The notes beneath the pieces are model-generated. The model did no database searches. It saw only the letters and a program-made list of their open reading frames with translations, and was not told the origin of the DNA. Below, in pieces: positions 8,203-18,598 of a stretch of DNA of 64,000 bases (position 1 is the first letter of the stretch; every line of letters starts with the position of its first letter). This DNA is from Candidatus Hydrogenedentota bacterium (lineage in GTDB: Bacteria > Hydrogenedentota > Hydrogenedentia > Hydrogenedentales > JAEUWI01): positions 233,824 through 297,823 of the forward strand of contig JAXMOL010000001.1 of the NCBI GenBank assembly GCA_034669905.1, written 5' to 3'. A program made the translations under genes and the position numbers.

Positions 8203-10155
8203 TCAGGGCACCACGTGGTAGAGGTTATAGGGCTGACTTTTCAGCACGGGCTCCAACTGCAGCCTCATCTCACTCGGGGCCAGGATATAGTCAAACCCAT
8301 AGGCCTCGGCGAGGACGTGCCACTCCTCTTTCGTCCGACTGGGCCAGCTGGCAAGGGGTTCCTCCGTCATATCCCCATCCACAGGAAAGCCGTAGACATC
8401 GGCGTGCATCTTCTTGAGGCTCGGGGCCAGATAACGCAGGTAGGTCATGTGGTGAGCGGCCTGGTAGTCCGCGAAAATCGGATGGCGGGTTTTGGCGAGC
8501 CAGGCCACGTCCCAATAGGGCGGTACAAGCATGGCATCCGACTCGCCCCGTTCGGCGAGATAATCTACCACCTCCTGCTGCAAGGGGTGGACGGGCAGCT
8601 GTTCCCGATGGGCGAGTTGGCCCACGAGGAGTTGGGCTCCCAGGGTCAGTAAGAGGATTCCCTGGTAGGCACCTACCGGCCCGGCAAGCTCGCCCAACTT
8701 CTCGAAGCGAATAAGCACCGCTGCCACGACCAATCCCGCAACCAGAGCGGCCAGCGCAAAGGGCGATAGTCCCGCGAGGAGAAAAGCGCCGCACACGGCA
8801 AAAAGCAGCGGGAGGAAGAGCGAGCGCCCGTGCACCATGCGTGCATAACCCAGGGCGGCCAAAGCACCGCCACACAGGAGCCACAGGGCCGTGTCGGGAT
8901 TGTTGAAGTAGCGGGTCGCCAAGCCTTCGGGGAGTATCACTTGCCAAAGAGGACCGAGGGACACCCACAACAAGATCAGGCACACAAAGATGCGGGAAGC
9001 AAAGGGGGGCCAATCGTTGGTGCCTGGCGTCCGCGCCAGCAATCCCAGGGCCAGGGGCACCAACAGAATGGCCAGGTGATTGGTCAGGCGGTAGGGCATC
9101 CAACCCAACAGCAAGAAGGGTATCTCCCCGCCGACCACCTGATGCACCAGCCAGATGAGTCCCACAACGGTGGCGAGAATGCCCGCATAGAGCGTGACCC
9201 AGCCTCGGTCCCGTTCTCCCATGGCCTGTCCCCGCTCCAGGGCGAGGCTGCCGCCGGCCATCAACAAGACCAGCGCCACCCCCACTCCACTTTTCCAGAA
9301 GGGATTGAGCCGGGCGAAACCGCGATGGAGATCATAGCGCTCCGTGTAGGCCGCCCAGATGGCGTGGGTATCACCCGTGGCCGCGTAGGCCCCTTCGGTG
9401 GGCAAGGGCACGTGAAGACGCGACTGGATGGCGTAGAAAATCACGCAGGGCACCAATCCCAAAGCGAAATAGCCCAAGGCCTGCACGACCCGCCTATGGT
9501 CCCGCTGATAGCAATAGATAAGCCACTGCACCCCGGCCACGGCCCCAATAACGGGTAGTTGTCCGATATGGATGGCCACCATGAGCCCCAGGAGAAGCCA
9601 GACGGTCCGCCAGCAATCATAGAGCAACAGGGCAAAGACCAGTAGCGCGTAGCCCGTGCCGATTTGTCCGATGGCATACATGTGGGGCCAGGATTCGATA
9701 GGGTAGTAACTCTGCAGGCCCTGATGAATGCCCAACAAAACCAATACGACAGCGATATGGCCATACCACGTCTTTCCGGAAAAACGGGTGCCCAGCAAGA
9801 AGACCGGTACGGTGCAGAAAACAAGCTGGAGCACGTTGCGGTAGCCATTCACGAGAAGGGGCGAATCCACGAAGTGCAGCACCAGCGCCGACAGGTAGCT
9901 CTGCCCACTGAAGACATTCCGGCAATATTGATAGCAGGGATGGCCCTCGGGATAGGGCACGAGGCCCGTGATCAGGAGGGCGTGCTCATAGGTCTCTTCC
10001 CAGCGAACGCCGCGTAGTGCGACGGCGAAAAGTGAAAAAGCGACCCAGCCGAGGCTGCCATACCACAATGATCGAAAGTCGATGGACTGCTTTTCTTGTT
10101 GACGTGCCGAGGAAATAGCGATGGCTCCCGTAGTGCGTTGGAAGGAAGGCCCCAT
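8203..10155 (-). CDS. Polytopic membrane protein, probable GT-C-fold glycosyltransferase/polymerase
   Basis: About 13 hydrophobic segments, acidic EETYE in the first loop, C-terminal periplasmic domain ending YGFDYIL; start uncertain. Confidence 0.6.
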   Translation of the reverse strand: MGPSFQRTTGAIAISSARQQEKQSIDFRSLWYGSLGWVAFSLFAVALRGVRWEETYEHALLITGLVPYPEGHPCYQYCRNVFSGQSYLSALVLHFVDSPLLVNGYRNVLQLVFCTVPVFLLGTRFSGKTWYGHIAVVLVLLGIHQGLQSYYPIESWPHMYAIGQIGTGYALLVFALLLYDCWRTVWLLLGLMVAIHIGQLPVIGAVAGVQWLIYCYQRDHRRVVQALGYFALGLVPCVIFYAIQSRLHVPLPTEGAYAATGDTHAIWAAYTERYDLHRGFARLNPFWKSGVGVALVLLMAGGSLALERGQAMGERDRGWVTLYAGILATVVGLIWLVHQVVGGEIPFLLLGWMPYRLTNHLAILLVPLALGLLARTPGTNDWPPFASRIFVCLILLWVSLGPLWQVILPEGLATRYFNNPDTALWLLCGGALAALGYARMVHGRSLFLPLLFAVCGAFLLAGLSPFALAALVAGLVVAAVLIRFEKLGELAGPVGAYQGILLLTLGAQLLVGQLAHREQLPVHPLQQEVVDYLAERGESDAMLVPPYWDVAWLAKTRHPIFADYQAAHHMTYLRYLAPSLKKMHADVYGFPVDGDMTEEPLASWPSRTKEEWHVLAEAYGFDYILAPSEMRLQLEPVLKSQPYNLYHVVP

Positions 10156-10237
10156 TATAGACGGGAGCACGTGCAAATTATAGGCAGAAAAATGGGCCTT
10201 TGCAGCGCATCGGGCAGGAGCGCGGGGTAGTTGCAAT

Positions 10238-10266
10238 CTCGTTCCCAAGCGCTGCCTGGGAATGCA
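10238..10266. repeat. REP-like palindrome (CTCGTTCCCA..TGGGAATGCA family)
   Basis: ctcgttcccaagcgctgcctgggaatgca; related copies at 2906-2934, 52162-52190 and 58630-58657. Confidence 0.75.
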
Positions 10267-10270
10267 GCCC

Positions 10271-10720
10271 CTATAGCGCCTTTACCAGAAAAAACTTGCT
10301 GTTCCCCTGGGAATCCCAATCGGCCAACTCGCCCCTGACCACATAGCCCGCCGCCTGGTAGAATTCCGGCGCCTGATAGGCCATCGTGTCCACATAAGCA
10401 TGGCAACAACCCCGCGCCACCGCAATGGCCTCCGCCATTTCGAGAAGCGCACGGCCGATGCCCTGCCCGCGCAAGGCTTCCTCCACGGCCATGACGTCGG
10501 TCTTGAGCCACGTGAATTGGGTCGTTCCGAATAGCCCACCCACCACTGAGCCTTTGCCGTCATAGGCAAGCAATTGGATAGGTACCGCCTCGTTCTCTGT
10601 GCGCTCCCGGGCTTCCCAGAACGCCGGGTTGGCCCGTTGGTTGTGGTTGCGAAGGATCGTAAAGACCGTTTCCTGGTCGGCGTCGTGCATGTCATCGATG
10701 GATTCAATCTGAAAACGCAT
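10271..10720 (-). CDS. GNAT family N-acetyltransferase
   Basis: AVEEALRGQGIGRALL acetyl-CoA motif; DTMAYQAPEFYQAAGY. Confidence 0.92.
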   Translation of the reverse strand: MRFQIESIDDMHDADQETVFTILRNHNQRANPAFWEARERTENEAVPIQLLAYDGKGSVVGGLFGTTQFTWLKTDVMAVEEALRGQGIGRALLEMAEAIAVARGCCHAYVDTMAYQAPEFYQAAGYVVRGELADWDSQGNSKFFLVKAL

Positions 10721-10858
10721 GGTGTATCGATTCCCTTTTTACGCGACCGCCCTGCGTCGCATGACTCCATTGTAGTCACGGCACGGGGCAAATCACAGGG
10801 GCGGCGGGCGCGGTGGCTATGCTATAGTGCCGGGCGTTACCGGTATGAAGGAATCTGC

Positions 10859-12988
10859 ATGGACGCACCCGAAGAATCGAATCCCCCCACCGCCCGCTGG
10901 GCCACCCTACGTGGCTGGTTCCGCCCGTGCGTGCCCGATGTTCGTCGTGCCCTGGCCCTCTTCGGGATGGCCTTTGTTATGGGGGTCGTCTATGTAAGCA
11001 CCTGGGGCGGCCCACCCGAATTCTGGCAGCAGATCTTCGGCCCCTCGGTCATGATGGCCTGTGGTGAAGGCTTCACCAATCCCCACCTCGACGACGTGCC
11101 GGGCCTCGAAGACTTCCTCTATCTACGCGCCGAGTCCTTCCCCTGTGAAAACATCCCCGCCGACGTCCGGCGCTTGCCGTCCGACACGAGTGCGATGGAT
11201 TACGATACGGTCCAGGAATTCCACCCCGAGCCCCAATTCAAGGGGTGGACCCAGTGGCAGCGTTTTCACCGCTATCTCTTGATGAGCGTGGCCCTGTGTT
11301 TCTACCTCTTCGGCGTGGCGTGGCAGTCCCTCGTGCCCCTCTATGGCCTCCTCTACGGCCTCACCAACGCCTTGGGCTATGGCCTCTTTCGGCTGGCCAT
11401 GGGCAGGCGCTGGGCGACCGGCTTTGCCCTCCTCCTCATGACCTCGCCGGTGCATTTGCAGCAACTCCCCCAGCTCCGGGACTACAGCAAGGCCCCCTTC
11501 TTCTTCCTGATCATGCTGATTATGGGTTGCTTACTGACACGCCCCTTGCCCCTCCGCCTTCAGGTGCCCCTGGCGGCAATGGCGGGATTCGTGGGGGGAC
11601 TCGGCCTGGGCTTCCGTCAGGATATTGCCTTTGCGGCCGCCGTCTTCTGCCTCTTGGTGGCCCTCTTTTCGCCGGGGCATATCAAGAAAACGTGGTGGCG
11701 ACGGGGCCTGATTATCACCGTATTCTTGGCAGCCGTTGCCGTGCTGGGAACGCCCATCGTGCGGGTGCTTTCCGGCGTCAACAACTCCACCCACGACACG
11801 ATTATCGGCTTCACCCACTATTGTGACGAGCGCCTGGGCGTGGAAGCTCCGCTCTATGATTTCGGCGACCCCTTTCTCGATGAATACGTGCGCGCTATCC
11901 TCATGGGCTATGCCCACCGCACCGAAGGGCGCACCGAAGTTTTCCGCCACTACTCGCCGGACTATGATGCCGCCGGAAAAGCCTACTTTCGCGACATCGC
12001 CACCACCTTCCCCGCCGATCTCATCGTGCGCGGCTACGCCTCGGTGCTCCGCATCGTCGACGAGCTCCAGATCAGCTCCGCCAACAACGCGCCCCGGGGT
12101 ATCACGAATCAGTTCGTGGCCCGACTCTATCAGTGGCGACAGGCCCTCCTCGATGGCATACCCGGCGGCGGACGTTATTACGTGGCCGCCATGCTGCTGG
12201 TGCTGGGCGCGATCAATCCCCGACTGGCCCTCGCCCTCTTTATCGCCATCATGATACTGGCGGGCTATCCGGCCCTGCGCTTCAGCGAGCGTCACGCCTT
12301 CCACATGGAAATCGTGTCTCTATTTGCCCTGGGTTTTCTCCTCCACGGCCTCTATCTCGCAGCGACCACGGGCTGGAAACGACGTCATGAATTCACCTGG
12401 ACGGCGGGCCTCCATGCGACCAAGGGCTACGTCCTCCGTGGTGCGGTCGTCGCCACCACCCTGGTCGCGCTCTTGCTGGTTCCCCTCTACACCGCACGAC
12501 TCTGGCAATCCCGCCAGGTACCGCCCCTCCTCGCCGCTTACGCCCAGGCCGAGCGGGAACTCGTGCGGACGGAAGTGACCCCGGTAGACGACACGACCGT
12601 GCAGATGGCCCTCCCCACCCTGGTCTCCCGGATGGGAGACGAAGGTCCCCTTCCCATGTATACCGAAGTGCTGGTCCTGGAATTTGCGCCGGGGGACACA
12701 GCGGTACCTGTCGATTTCACCTACGAAGCCGATCACCCCAACTTCTTGTTCAATCGGAGTATGACCGTGCCTGCCCGTTCGCAGGACACGGAACCCACCC
12801 ATCTCTACTATCCCCTCTACCACGGATTGGACGCGCGCTTTCAGGCCATTCGGCTTTCGAAGGCGGGACATGAACGTCTTCGGGGAGTCTATCGGCTCGT
12901 GGATCTCAGCGACCGGGGCATCTTGCTCAATGCCGTCTTGCCACCGGACTGGGAACGCGGCCCCTTCTACCAGAAGTTTTCACGATAA
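10859..12988 (+). CDS. Polytopic membrane protein, probable GT-C glycosyltransferase
   Basis: Many TM helices, LRDYSKAPF and GLGFRQD loops, large C-terminal soluble domain. Start reassigned to MDAPEES. Confidence 0.6.
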   Translation: MDAPEESNPPTARWATLRGWFRPCVPDVRRALALFGMAFVMGVVYVSTWGGPPEFWQQIFGPSVMMACGEGFTNPHLDDVPGLEDFLYLRAESFPCENIPADVRRLPSDTSAMDYDTVQEFHPEPQFKGWTQWQRFHRYLLMSVALCFYLFGVAWQSLVPLYGLLYGLTNALGYGLFRLAMGRRWATGFALLLMTSPVHLQQLPQLRDYSKAPFFFLIMLIMGCLLTRPLPLRLQVPLAAMAGFVGGLGLGFRQDIAFAAAVFCLLVALFSPGHIKKTWWRRGLIITVFLAAVAVLGTPIVRVLSGVNNSTHDTIIGFTHYCDERLGVEAPLYDFGDPFLDEYVRAILMGYAHRTEGRTEVFRHYSPDYDAAGKAYFRDIATTFPADLIVRGYASVLRIVDELQISSANNAPRGITNQFVARLYQWRQALLDGIPGGGRYYVAAMLLVLGAINPRLALALFIAIMILAGYPALRFSERHAFHMEIVSLFALGFLLHGLYLAATTGWKRRHEFTWTAGLHATKGYVLRGAVVATTLVALLLVPLYTARLWQSRQVPPLLAAYAQAERELVRTEVTPVDDTTVQMALPTLVSRMGDEGPLPMYTEVLVLEFAPGDTAVPVDFTYEADHPNFLFNRSMTVPARSQDTEPTHLYYPLYHGLDARFQAIRLSKAGHERLRGVYRLVDLSDRGILLNAVLPPDWERGPFYQKFSR

Positions 12989-13078
12989 GCGCCTCGGTCA
13001 AACTTGCCTGAAGTGCCCCTTATGTCTCACAATGCCCTTTGTAAAATGAAGGTCACTTTACTAATCGGGAGTAAGCGC

Positions 13079-14215
13079 ATGCTGTACGGACTACGGGGCC
13101 TCGCCCTCTCCATCTTTTTGGGTTTGGCTTTCACCGCCTCCGCCGGGGACAAGGTCATGGAAACGTGGCATCTTGCACCCTTCTGGCAATCCGACACGAT
13201 GCACGGCGAAAGCCTCTTTTTCCTGGAGCCGGAAGCAGGCGCTCCCGCAACCGCGCCCCTGCTCTTCACCCCCATCAAGGTCCTCTCCCTCATTCACCCC
13301 CCTACGGGCACGACCTATGAAGTGGGCCGGGATTATATTGTGGACGTCGAGAAAAAGCGCATCACCCTGACGGACGATTCCCGTATCCCTTTCACCACCC
13401 GCAAAGACTTTGAGCCACCACTTGGCGCGAGCGGTCAACTGTACAAAGACGAAACACGGGATATCTTTTTTGGCGCCGGCCCCTACTTTCATAACCGGCA
13501 GGTTGAAATCAGCTACACCCACGCGCCCGATGCCTGGGCGGCCATGAAGGGACCCCAGCCCGAGGCGACGGCCCACCTGCCCCGCACGGCTGCGATTTTA
13601 AAATCGGGCAAGCCCCTGTCTCTGTGCCTGTTGGGCGACAGCATTTCCACTGGACTGGACGCCTCGTCGACCTCCGACACGGCCCCCCACGCCCCTGGCT
13701 ACGGGATGCTGGTCGCCCATGGCCTGGAAGAAATCTTCGGAAGCCCCGTGGCCTTCACCAATTTCTCCGTGAGCGGTATGGCCGCACCCTGGGGCGCCAA
13801 ACAGGCACCGGCCGTGGCCGCCAAGAAGCCCGACCTGGTCCTTATCGCCTTTGGGATGAATGACGCCTCCTCCCGCCGTGCGCCCGATGTATTTCGCGCC
13901 GACATCGAGGGCATCATGGCCGGCATCCGCAGTGCCCACCCGGACTCCGAGTTTCTACTCGTATCCACGATGCGGGGCAACCCCGACTGGAAACACACGG
14001 CCCCCGAACTCTACCCCCAGTATCGTGATGCGCTCCTGACCCTGGAAAAACCCGGCGTGGCCGTCGCGGATCTGACGGCCTTCTGGACTACCCTGCTGGC
14101 CCACAAGCAATTTGTCGACATCACGGGCAACGGGGTCAACCATCCCAATGACTTTGGCCACCGGGTCTACGCGCAGGTCATTCTGGCCCGTCTTGGATTC
14201 AGCCCCACGGAGTAA
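13079..14215 (+). CDS. Secreted SGNH/GDSL hydrolase
   Basis: Signal peptide; LGDSIS, AFGMND and NHPND blocks. Confidence 0.88.
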   Translation: MLYGLRGLALSIFLGLAFTASAGDKVMETWHLAPFWQSDTMHGESLFFLEPEAGAPATAPLLFTPIKVLSLIHPPTGTTYEVGRDYIVDVEKKRITLTDDSRIPFTTRKDFEPPLGASGQLYKDETRDIFFGAGPYFHNRQVEISYTHAPDAWAAMKGPQPEATAHLPRTAAILKSGKPLSLCLLGDSISTGLDASSTSDTAPHAPGYGMLVAHGLEEIFGSPVAFTNFSVSGMAAPWGAKQAPAVAAKKPDLVLIAFGMNDASSRRAPDVFRADIEGIMAGIRSAHPDSEFLLVSTMRGNPDWKHTAPELYPQYRDALLTLEKPGVAVADLTAFWTTLLAHKQFVDITGNGVNHPNDFGHRVYAQVILARLGFSPTE

Positions 14216-14218
14216 CAC

Positions 14219-15718
14219 GTGTCGTCTCCAGAAAACAAGGAGCCTGTACTCGATTCCATCGCCTTTCGGGCGCTGGGCGAATTAAGTATGGGTATTGTCA
14301 TCACCCGGGACAACAAGGTGGTCTACAGCAATGCGGCCTTCACGTCCATGACCGGGCTCGAGGCGGATGCCATTGCGGATTCCCGCCATCCCTTCCTGGG
14401 CCCCCCACTGGTCACCACCGCCACGGCCCAGTTGATGCAATCCTACCTGGACGAACCCAGCCCCTCCACACCGCTACGCCTGGACTACGTCCGTGCCGAC
14501 AGTTTATCCGCCTGGAACGAGGTTCAGCTTTTTCGGGAAGGCGCCTATGTCACCTGGATGCATCGAGACGTCACCCAGCAAATGGGTACCCACGAGCTCT
14601 GGCAACGCTATGAATTCCTGGTGGACACCTCCCATCAGTTTATGGCGCTTGTGAATCCGGAATATGCCTATGAACTGGTCAACCGCTCCTTTGCGGCCGC
14701 CTTCGATACAACGCCCCAGGAAGTCTATGGGGTCCATGCCGCCACCGTCTGGGGAAAGAGCATGTTCTCCAACGTGGTCGCCCCCCACCTCGACCACTCC
14801 TTTCAGGGCAAGGAAGTCCGGGTCATTCACGAAGTCGATCTGCCGGTTGGCGGACGCCGTTACCTCGACATGATCTATACGCCCTACAAGAATCAGGAGG
14901 GGGCTGTTGTCCACGTCGTGTTCGTGGCGTGGGATGTTACCAAAGAAAAGACTGCCACCGATGCGGTGCGCGACGTCAATCGCGCGCTGGAGCAGCGGGT
15001 GGCCTCCCGCACGGCGGAGCTGCAGGACACGCTGCAAGAGTTGGAAGCCTTCAACTATACGATTGCCCACGATTTGCGATCGCCCCTTCGCTTTCTCAAA
15101 ACCTTCACCAAAATGCTCGACGAAACCTGCGATGAAAGTCTGGGCGATCCCGGCCGTTACTATGTCTCCATGATTTCCCAGGGCGTGGCGGAAATGCAGC
15201 ACATGATCGATCGGCTGCTCGACTTCTCCCGCCTGAGCCGAAAACCGCTGTGCCTCGAAAAGTGCAACTTGAACGACGTGGTGTTTCGGGCGAAACAGTC
15301 GGTCTTCTTCGAAGGAAACACCCAGGTCGAGATCAGAGAACTACCCCAGTGTCTGGGCGACGCCGATCTGCTCAAGCAGGTCTTTGTGAATCTCCTCCAG
15401 AACGCGGGCAAATTCAGCCAGAAGAACCCGTCTCCGAAAATCGAAGTCTTCGCCGAGCCATCGGAGCCATCGAAGGTCCGCATTTGTGTGCGGGACAATG
15501 GGGAAGGCTTTCACATGACCCACGCAGAAGCGATGTTTGCGCCCTTCAAACAAATCCACGAACACACCGACGACCAGGGGAGTGGCCTGGGGCTTGCCAT
15601 TGTGCGGCGGATTGTGGAGCGCCATGGCGGACGGGTCTGGGCGGAGAGCGAAGAGGGGCTGGAAGCACGCTTTTACGTTGAACTGCGTAGCATGGGCACA
15701 CCAACCCCCCAAAATTGA
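14219..15718 (+). CDS. Cytoplasmic PAS-domain sensor histidine kinase
   Basis: Two PAS-like domains; H-box AHDLRSPL; N-box NLLQNAGKF; DNGEG; GSGLGLAI. Confidence 0.93.
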   Translation: MSSPENKEPVLDSIAFRALGELSMGIVITRDNKVVYSNAAFTSMTGLEADAIADSRHPFLGPPLVTTATAQLMQSYLDEPSPSTPLRLDYVRADSLSAWNEVQLFREGAYVTWMHRDVTQQMGTHELWQRYEFLVDTSHQFMALVNPEYAYELVNRSFAAAFDTTPQEVYGVHAATVWGKSMFSNVVAPHLDHSFQGKEVRVIHEVDLPVGGRRYLDMIYTPYKNQEGAVVHVVFVAWDVTKEKTATDAVRDVNRALEQRVASRTAELQDTLQELEAFNYTIAHDLRSPLRFLKTFTKMLDETCDESLGDPGRYYVSMISQGVAEMQHMIDRLLDFSRLSRKPLCLEKCNLNDVVFRAKQSVFFEGNTQVEIRELPQCLGDADLLKQVFVNLLQNAGKFSQKNPSPKIEVFAEPSEPSKVRICVRDNGEGFHMTHAEAMFAPFKQIHEHTDDQGSGLGLAIVRRIVERHGGRVWAESEEGLEARFYVELRSMGTPTPQN

Positions 15719-16061
15719 ACTCCGCAGGCTAATTCACCGGATGGGACCCACCCGAAAAAGTACGTCGCGCCCTCCCGACAATCGATTCCGCCCAGCCCCC
15801 CGTTACGATTGTGCTAGATAGTTGGTGTATTTTTCGATACAATGAGGGTGTGTGTAGCGTTGGCAATGCAGGTGTCTCGGGATCGTCACCTGAATCGGGG
15901 AGCAACTGACTCTCGTATTGGCCATAGCGTGCAATACGTTCGTACACGCCTACATACCGAACGGTTACGATTGGGAAGATCGAAACCGCGCTGACACGGG
16001 CAGTTTCTTTGCTGCCCGGTGTGGTTTCGAGTAACAGTTATTGCAGGAATTCGAGGCATAA

Positions 16062-16784
16062 ATGCGAACCGAAAAAATCCTGGTTGTCGAAGACGAAGAT
16101 GATGCGCTTACCCGCACCCGTCAGGTTCTGGAAGACGACGGGTATACGGTCACCACAGCGAAAAACGGATTGGATGCGTTGATGCAGATTGCCGACCACC
16201 AGCCGGACCTGGTGGTGCTGGATATCAATCTTGATGAGGGGGAAGGCAATTCCCCGACCATGGACGGCATTGAAGTACTACGGGAAATGCGGAAGGAGTC
16301 GGACGCTTGCGTCCTCATGCTGACGACAACGTCCATCAGCTATGTGAAGGTCGCCGCACTGACCATGGGTGCCGACGACTACCTCACCAAACCCTTCGAC
16401 CCCAAAGAACTCACCGCCCGCGTTCAGGCCATCTTGCGACGTGCCAAAGGAACCGCACGCGGTTCAGACACCCTGGAGTTTCAGGGACTCAGCATTGATC
16501 CGGGCGCGCGCATTGTCTTGAAGCATGGCGAAGATGTAAAGCTCACGCCCATCGAATTTGATTTGCTGCTCGCACTCGCGCGACGTCCCGGACAGGTCAT
16601 CGGGCGCAGCCAGCTCATCAGCCAGGCCTGGAATTTCAAGTATGCTGGCGACGAGCGTCTGGTGGATGTGCACATGGGACGCTTGCGCAAGAAGCTGGAA
16701 GACGATACCTCCAATCCACGTTTGATCATGACCGTCTGGGGCAAGGGCTATCGCTTCGAGGGGGTTGCGGCCAACTCCGACTAA
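16062..16784 (+). CDS. OmpR-family response regulator
   Basis: VVEDE, LDINL, GADDYLTKPF; winged helix VDVHMGRLRKKL...TVWGKGYRF. Confidence 0.95.
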   Translation: MRTEKILVVEDEDDALTRTRQVLEDDGYTVTTAKNGLDALMQIADHQPDLVVLDINLDEGEGNSPTMDGIEVLREMRKESDACVLMLTTTSISYVKVAALTMGADDYLTKPFDPKELTARVQAILRRAKGTARGSDTLEFQGLSIDPGARIVLKHGEDVKLTPIEFDLLLALARRPGQVIGRSQLISQAWNFKYAGDERLVDVHMGRLRKKLEDDTSNPRLIMTVWGKGYRFEGVAANSD

Positions 16785-16799
16785 AGGGGAAGCATCGCA

Positions 16800-17153
16800 A
16801 TGATTACTGCGCCAGAAATGGAAAATGGTATTGCCATCGTGGCCTTTACCCAGGACAGCCTGGATGCGAGCAACACCAAGGTTTTCCGTGAAGCCATTCA
16901 GCCCGTGCTGGAAAACAACAAGAGCGTACTCCTGGATCTCTATGCCCTGCAGTTTGTCGACAGCTCCGGGCTGGGCGCCCTGCTCTCCTGTCTACGTGCC
17001 GTCAACGATGGCGGCGGCACCCTCGCCCTCTGCAACATGAGCAAACCGGTGCGCACCCTTTTCGAGTTGGTGCGCATGTTTCGCATCTTCGATATCTACG
17101 CATCCCGCTTCGAAGCCCTCACGGCGATGAACGTGGGCACTACGCCAGAATAG
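16800..17153 (+). CDS. STAS-domain anti-sigma factor antagonist
   Basis: LQFVDSSGLGAL motif. Confidence 0.9.
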   Translation: MITAPEMENGIAIVAFTQDSLDASNTKVFREAIQPVLENNKSVLLDLYALQFVDSSGLGALLSCLRAVNDGGGTLALCNMSKPVRTLFELVRMFRIFDIYASRFEALTAMNVGTTPE

Positions 17154-18582
17154 GCTTCACCACGTGACCCGCCACATCGGTCAGGCGGAAATCACGTCCC
17201 TGAAACCGAAACGTCATCTTGGTGTGCTCAATGCCCAGCAGGTGTAGAAGCGTCGCGTGGAAATCATGGACGTGGACGACGTCCTCCACCGCGTTGTATC
17301 CAAAGTCGTCGGTCGCGCCGTGGGTGATCCCCCCCTGGACACCCCCTCCGGCCATCCACAGGGAAAAGCCCTTGATGTGGTGGTCGCGCCCGGAGCCCTG
17401 GGCCATCGGTGTGCGGCCAAATTCGCCGCCCCAGATGATCAGCGTATCTTCCAACATTCCCCGCTGGGCGAGATCCTTGACGAGTGCCGCCGAAGCCTGG
17501 TCCACCAGTTTTGCGGTGGTTTCCACCCCGCCCTTAATTCCCCCGTGGTGATCCCACCCGCGGTGATAAAGCTGGATAAAGCGCACGCCCCGTTCCGCCA
17601 TTCGCCGGGCCAACAGACAGTTCGCCGCAAAGCTGCCATCGGCCCCTTCCGTGCCATACATTTCGCGGATGTATTGCGGTTCGCTGGAAAAGTCCACCAG
17701 CTCCGGCACACTGGTCTGCATCTTGAACGCCATTTCGTACTGGCTGATGCGGGTCTGAATTTCCGGATCTTCGACCACCCCATCCCGATGTTGGTTTAAG
17801 GTCTGCACGGCATCCACCACATCCCGTTGACGGGTCCTATTGATGCCTTCAGGATTACTCAGATACAGCACCGGGTCGCCCTGCGAATGAAACTGAACTC
17901 CCTGGTATTTGCTCGGGAGAAATCCGCTGTGCCACTGACGGGCCGCGATGGGCTGGCTTTGCCCACCCCCGACGGAAGTCAAGACCACGAAGCCGGGCAG
18001 GTTGTCCGCTTCGTTCCCCAGCCCATAGGTAATCCAACTCCCCATACTCGGGCGACCGGAGATGGAGGTGCCCGTATTCATAAAGGTGTGGGCGGGATCA
18101 TGGTTAATCTGTTCTGTCTTCATGGACCGGATAATGCAGATGTCATCGGCGATACTGCCGATGTGTGGAAACACGGTCGCGATTTCCTGCTGCGACTTTC
18201 CGTACCGTGCGAAAGGATGCTGGGGGGCCAGACATTTGAGCTCTTTCCCCTGCAGCTGGGCAATAGGCTGGCCGGCCGTAATAGATTCCGGCATGACCTG
18301 TCCGTCGAGCTCGGCCAACTTCGGCTTGTAATCGAAAGACTCCAGATGGGATGGCCCACCCGCCATATAGAGGTAAATGACCCGCTTGGCCTTGGGCACC
18401 TGATGGCGTGGCGTAACCAGCCCGTAGCGCAACGATTCCTCGAGGGAGGGCTTCGCGACGGCCGACGCGCTCTGCTGCATCAGGCCCGCCAGCGCAACCG
18501 AACCAATGCCCCGGGCCGCCTTACCGAAAAACTGCCGCCGTGTCTGCTTCAGTTGAAGATCGTGGTAATTCATGGGATTCAC
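17140..18582 (-). CDS. DUF1501 domain protein (Tat-exported)
   Basis: TRRQFF Tat motif; AKRVIYLYMAGGPSHLE, GWDHH, WGGEFGRTP, GRDHH. Confidence 0.92.
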   Translation of the reverse strand: MNPMNYHDLQLKQTRRQFFGKAARGIGSVALAGLMQQSASAVAKPSLEESLRYGLVTPRHQVPKAKRVIYLYMAGGPSHLESFDYKPKLAELDGQVMPESITAGQPIAQLQGKELKCLAPQHPFARYGKSQQEIATVFPHIGSIADDICIIRSMKTEQINHDPAHTFMNTGTSISGRPSMGSWITYGLGNEADNLPGFVVLTSVGGGQSQPIAARQWHSGFLPSKYQGVQFHSQGDPVLYLSNPEGINRTRQRDVVDAVQTLNQHRDGVVEDPEIQTRISQYEMAFKMQTSVPELVDFSSEPQYIREMYGTEGADGSFAANCLLARRMAERGVRFIQLYHRGWDHHGGIKGGVETTAKLVDQASAALVKDLAQRGMLEDTLIIWGGEFGRTPMAQGSGRDHHIKGFSLWMAGGGVQGGITHGATDDFGYNAVEDVVHVHDFHATLLHLLGIEHTKMTFRFQGRDFRLTDVAGHVVKPILA

Positions 18583-18598
18583 CTGATTGAGCCGTTTT

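Noticed and set aside
8203..10720. Neighbouring membrane protein and GNAT acetyltransferase as maturases for the GG peptides
   Set aside because: Opposite strand, separated by a terminator, and nothing beyond proximity links them; cannot be fully excluded.
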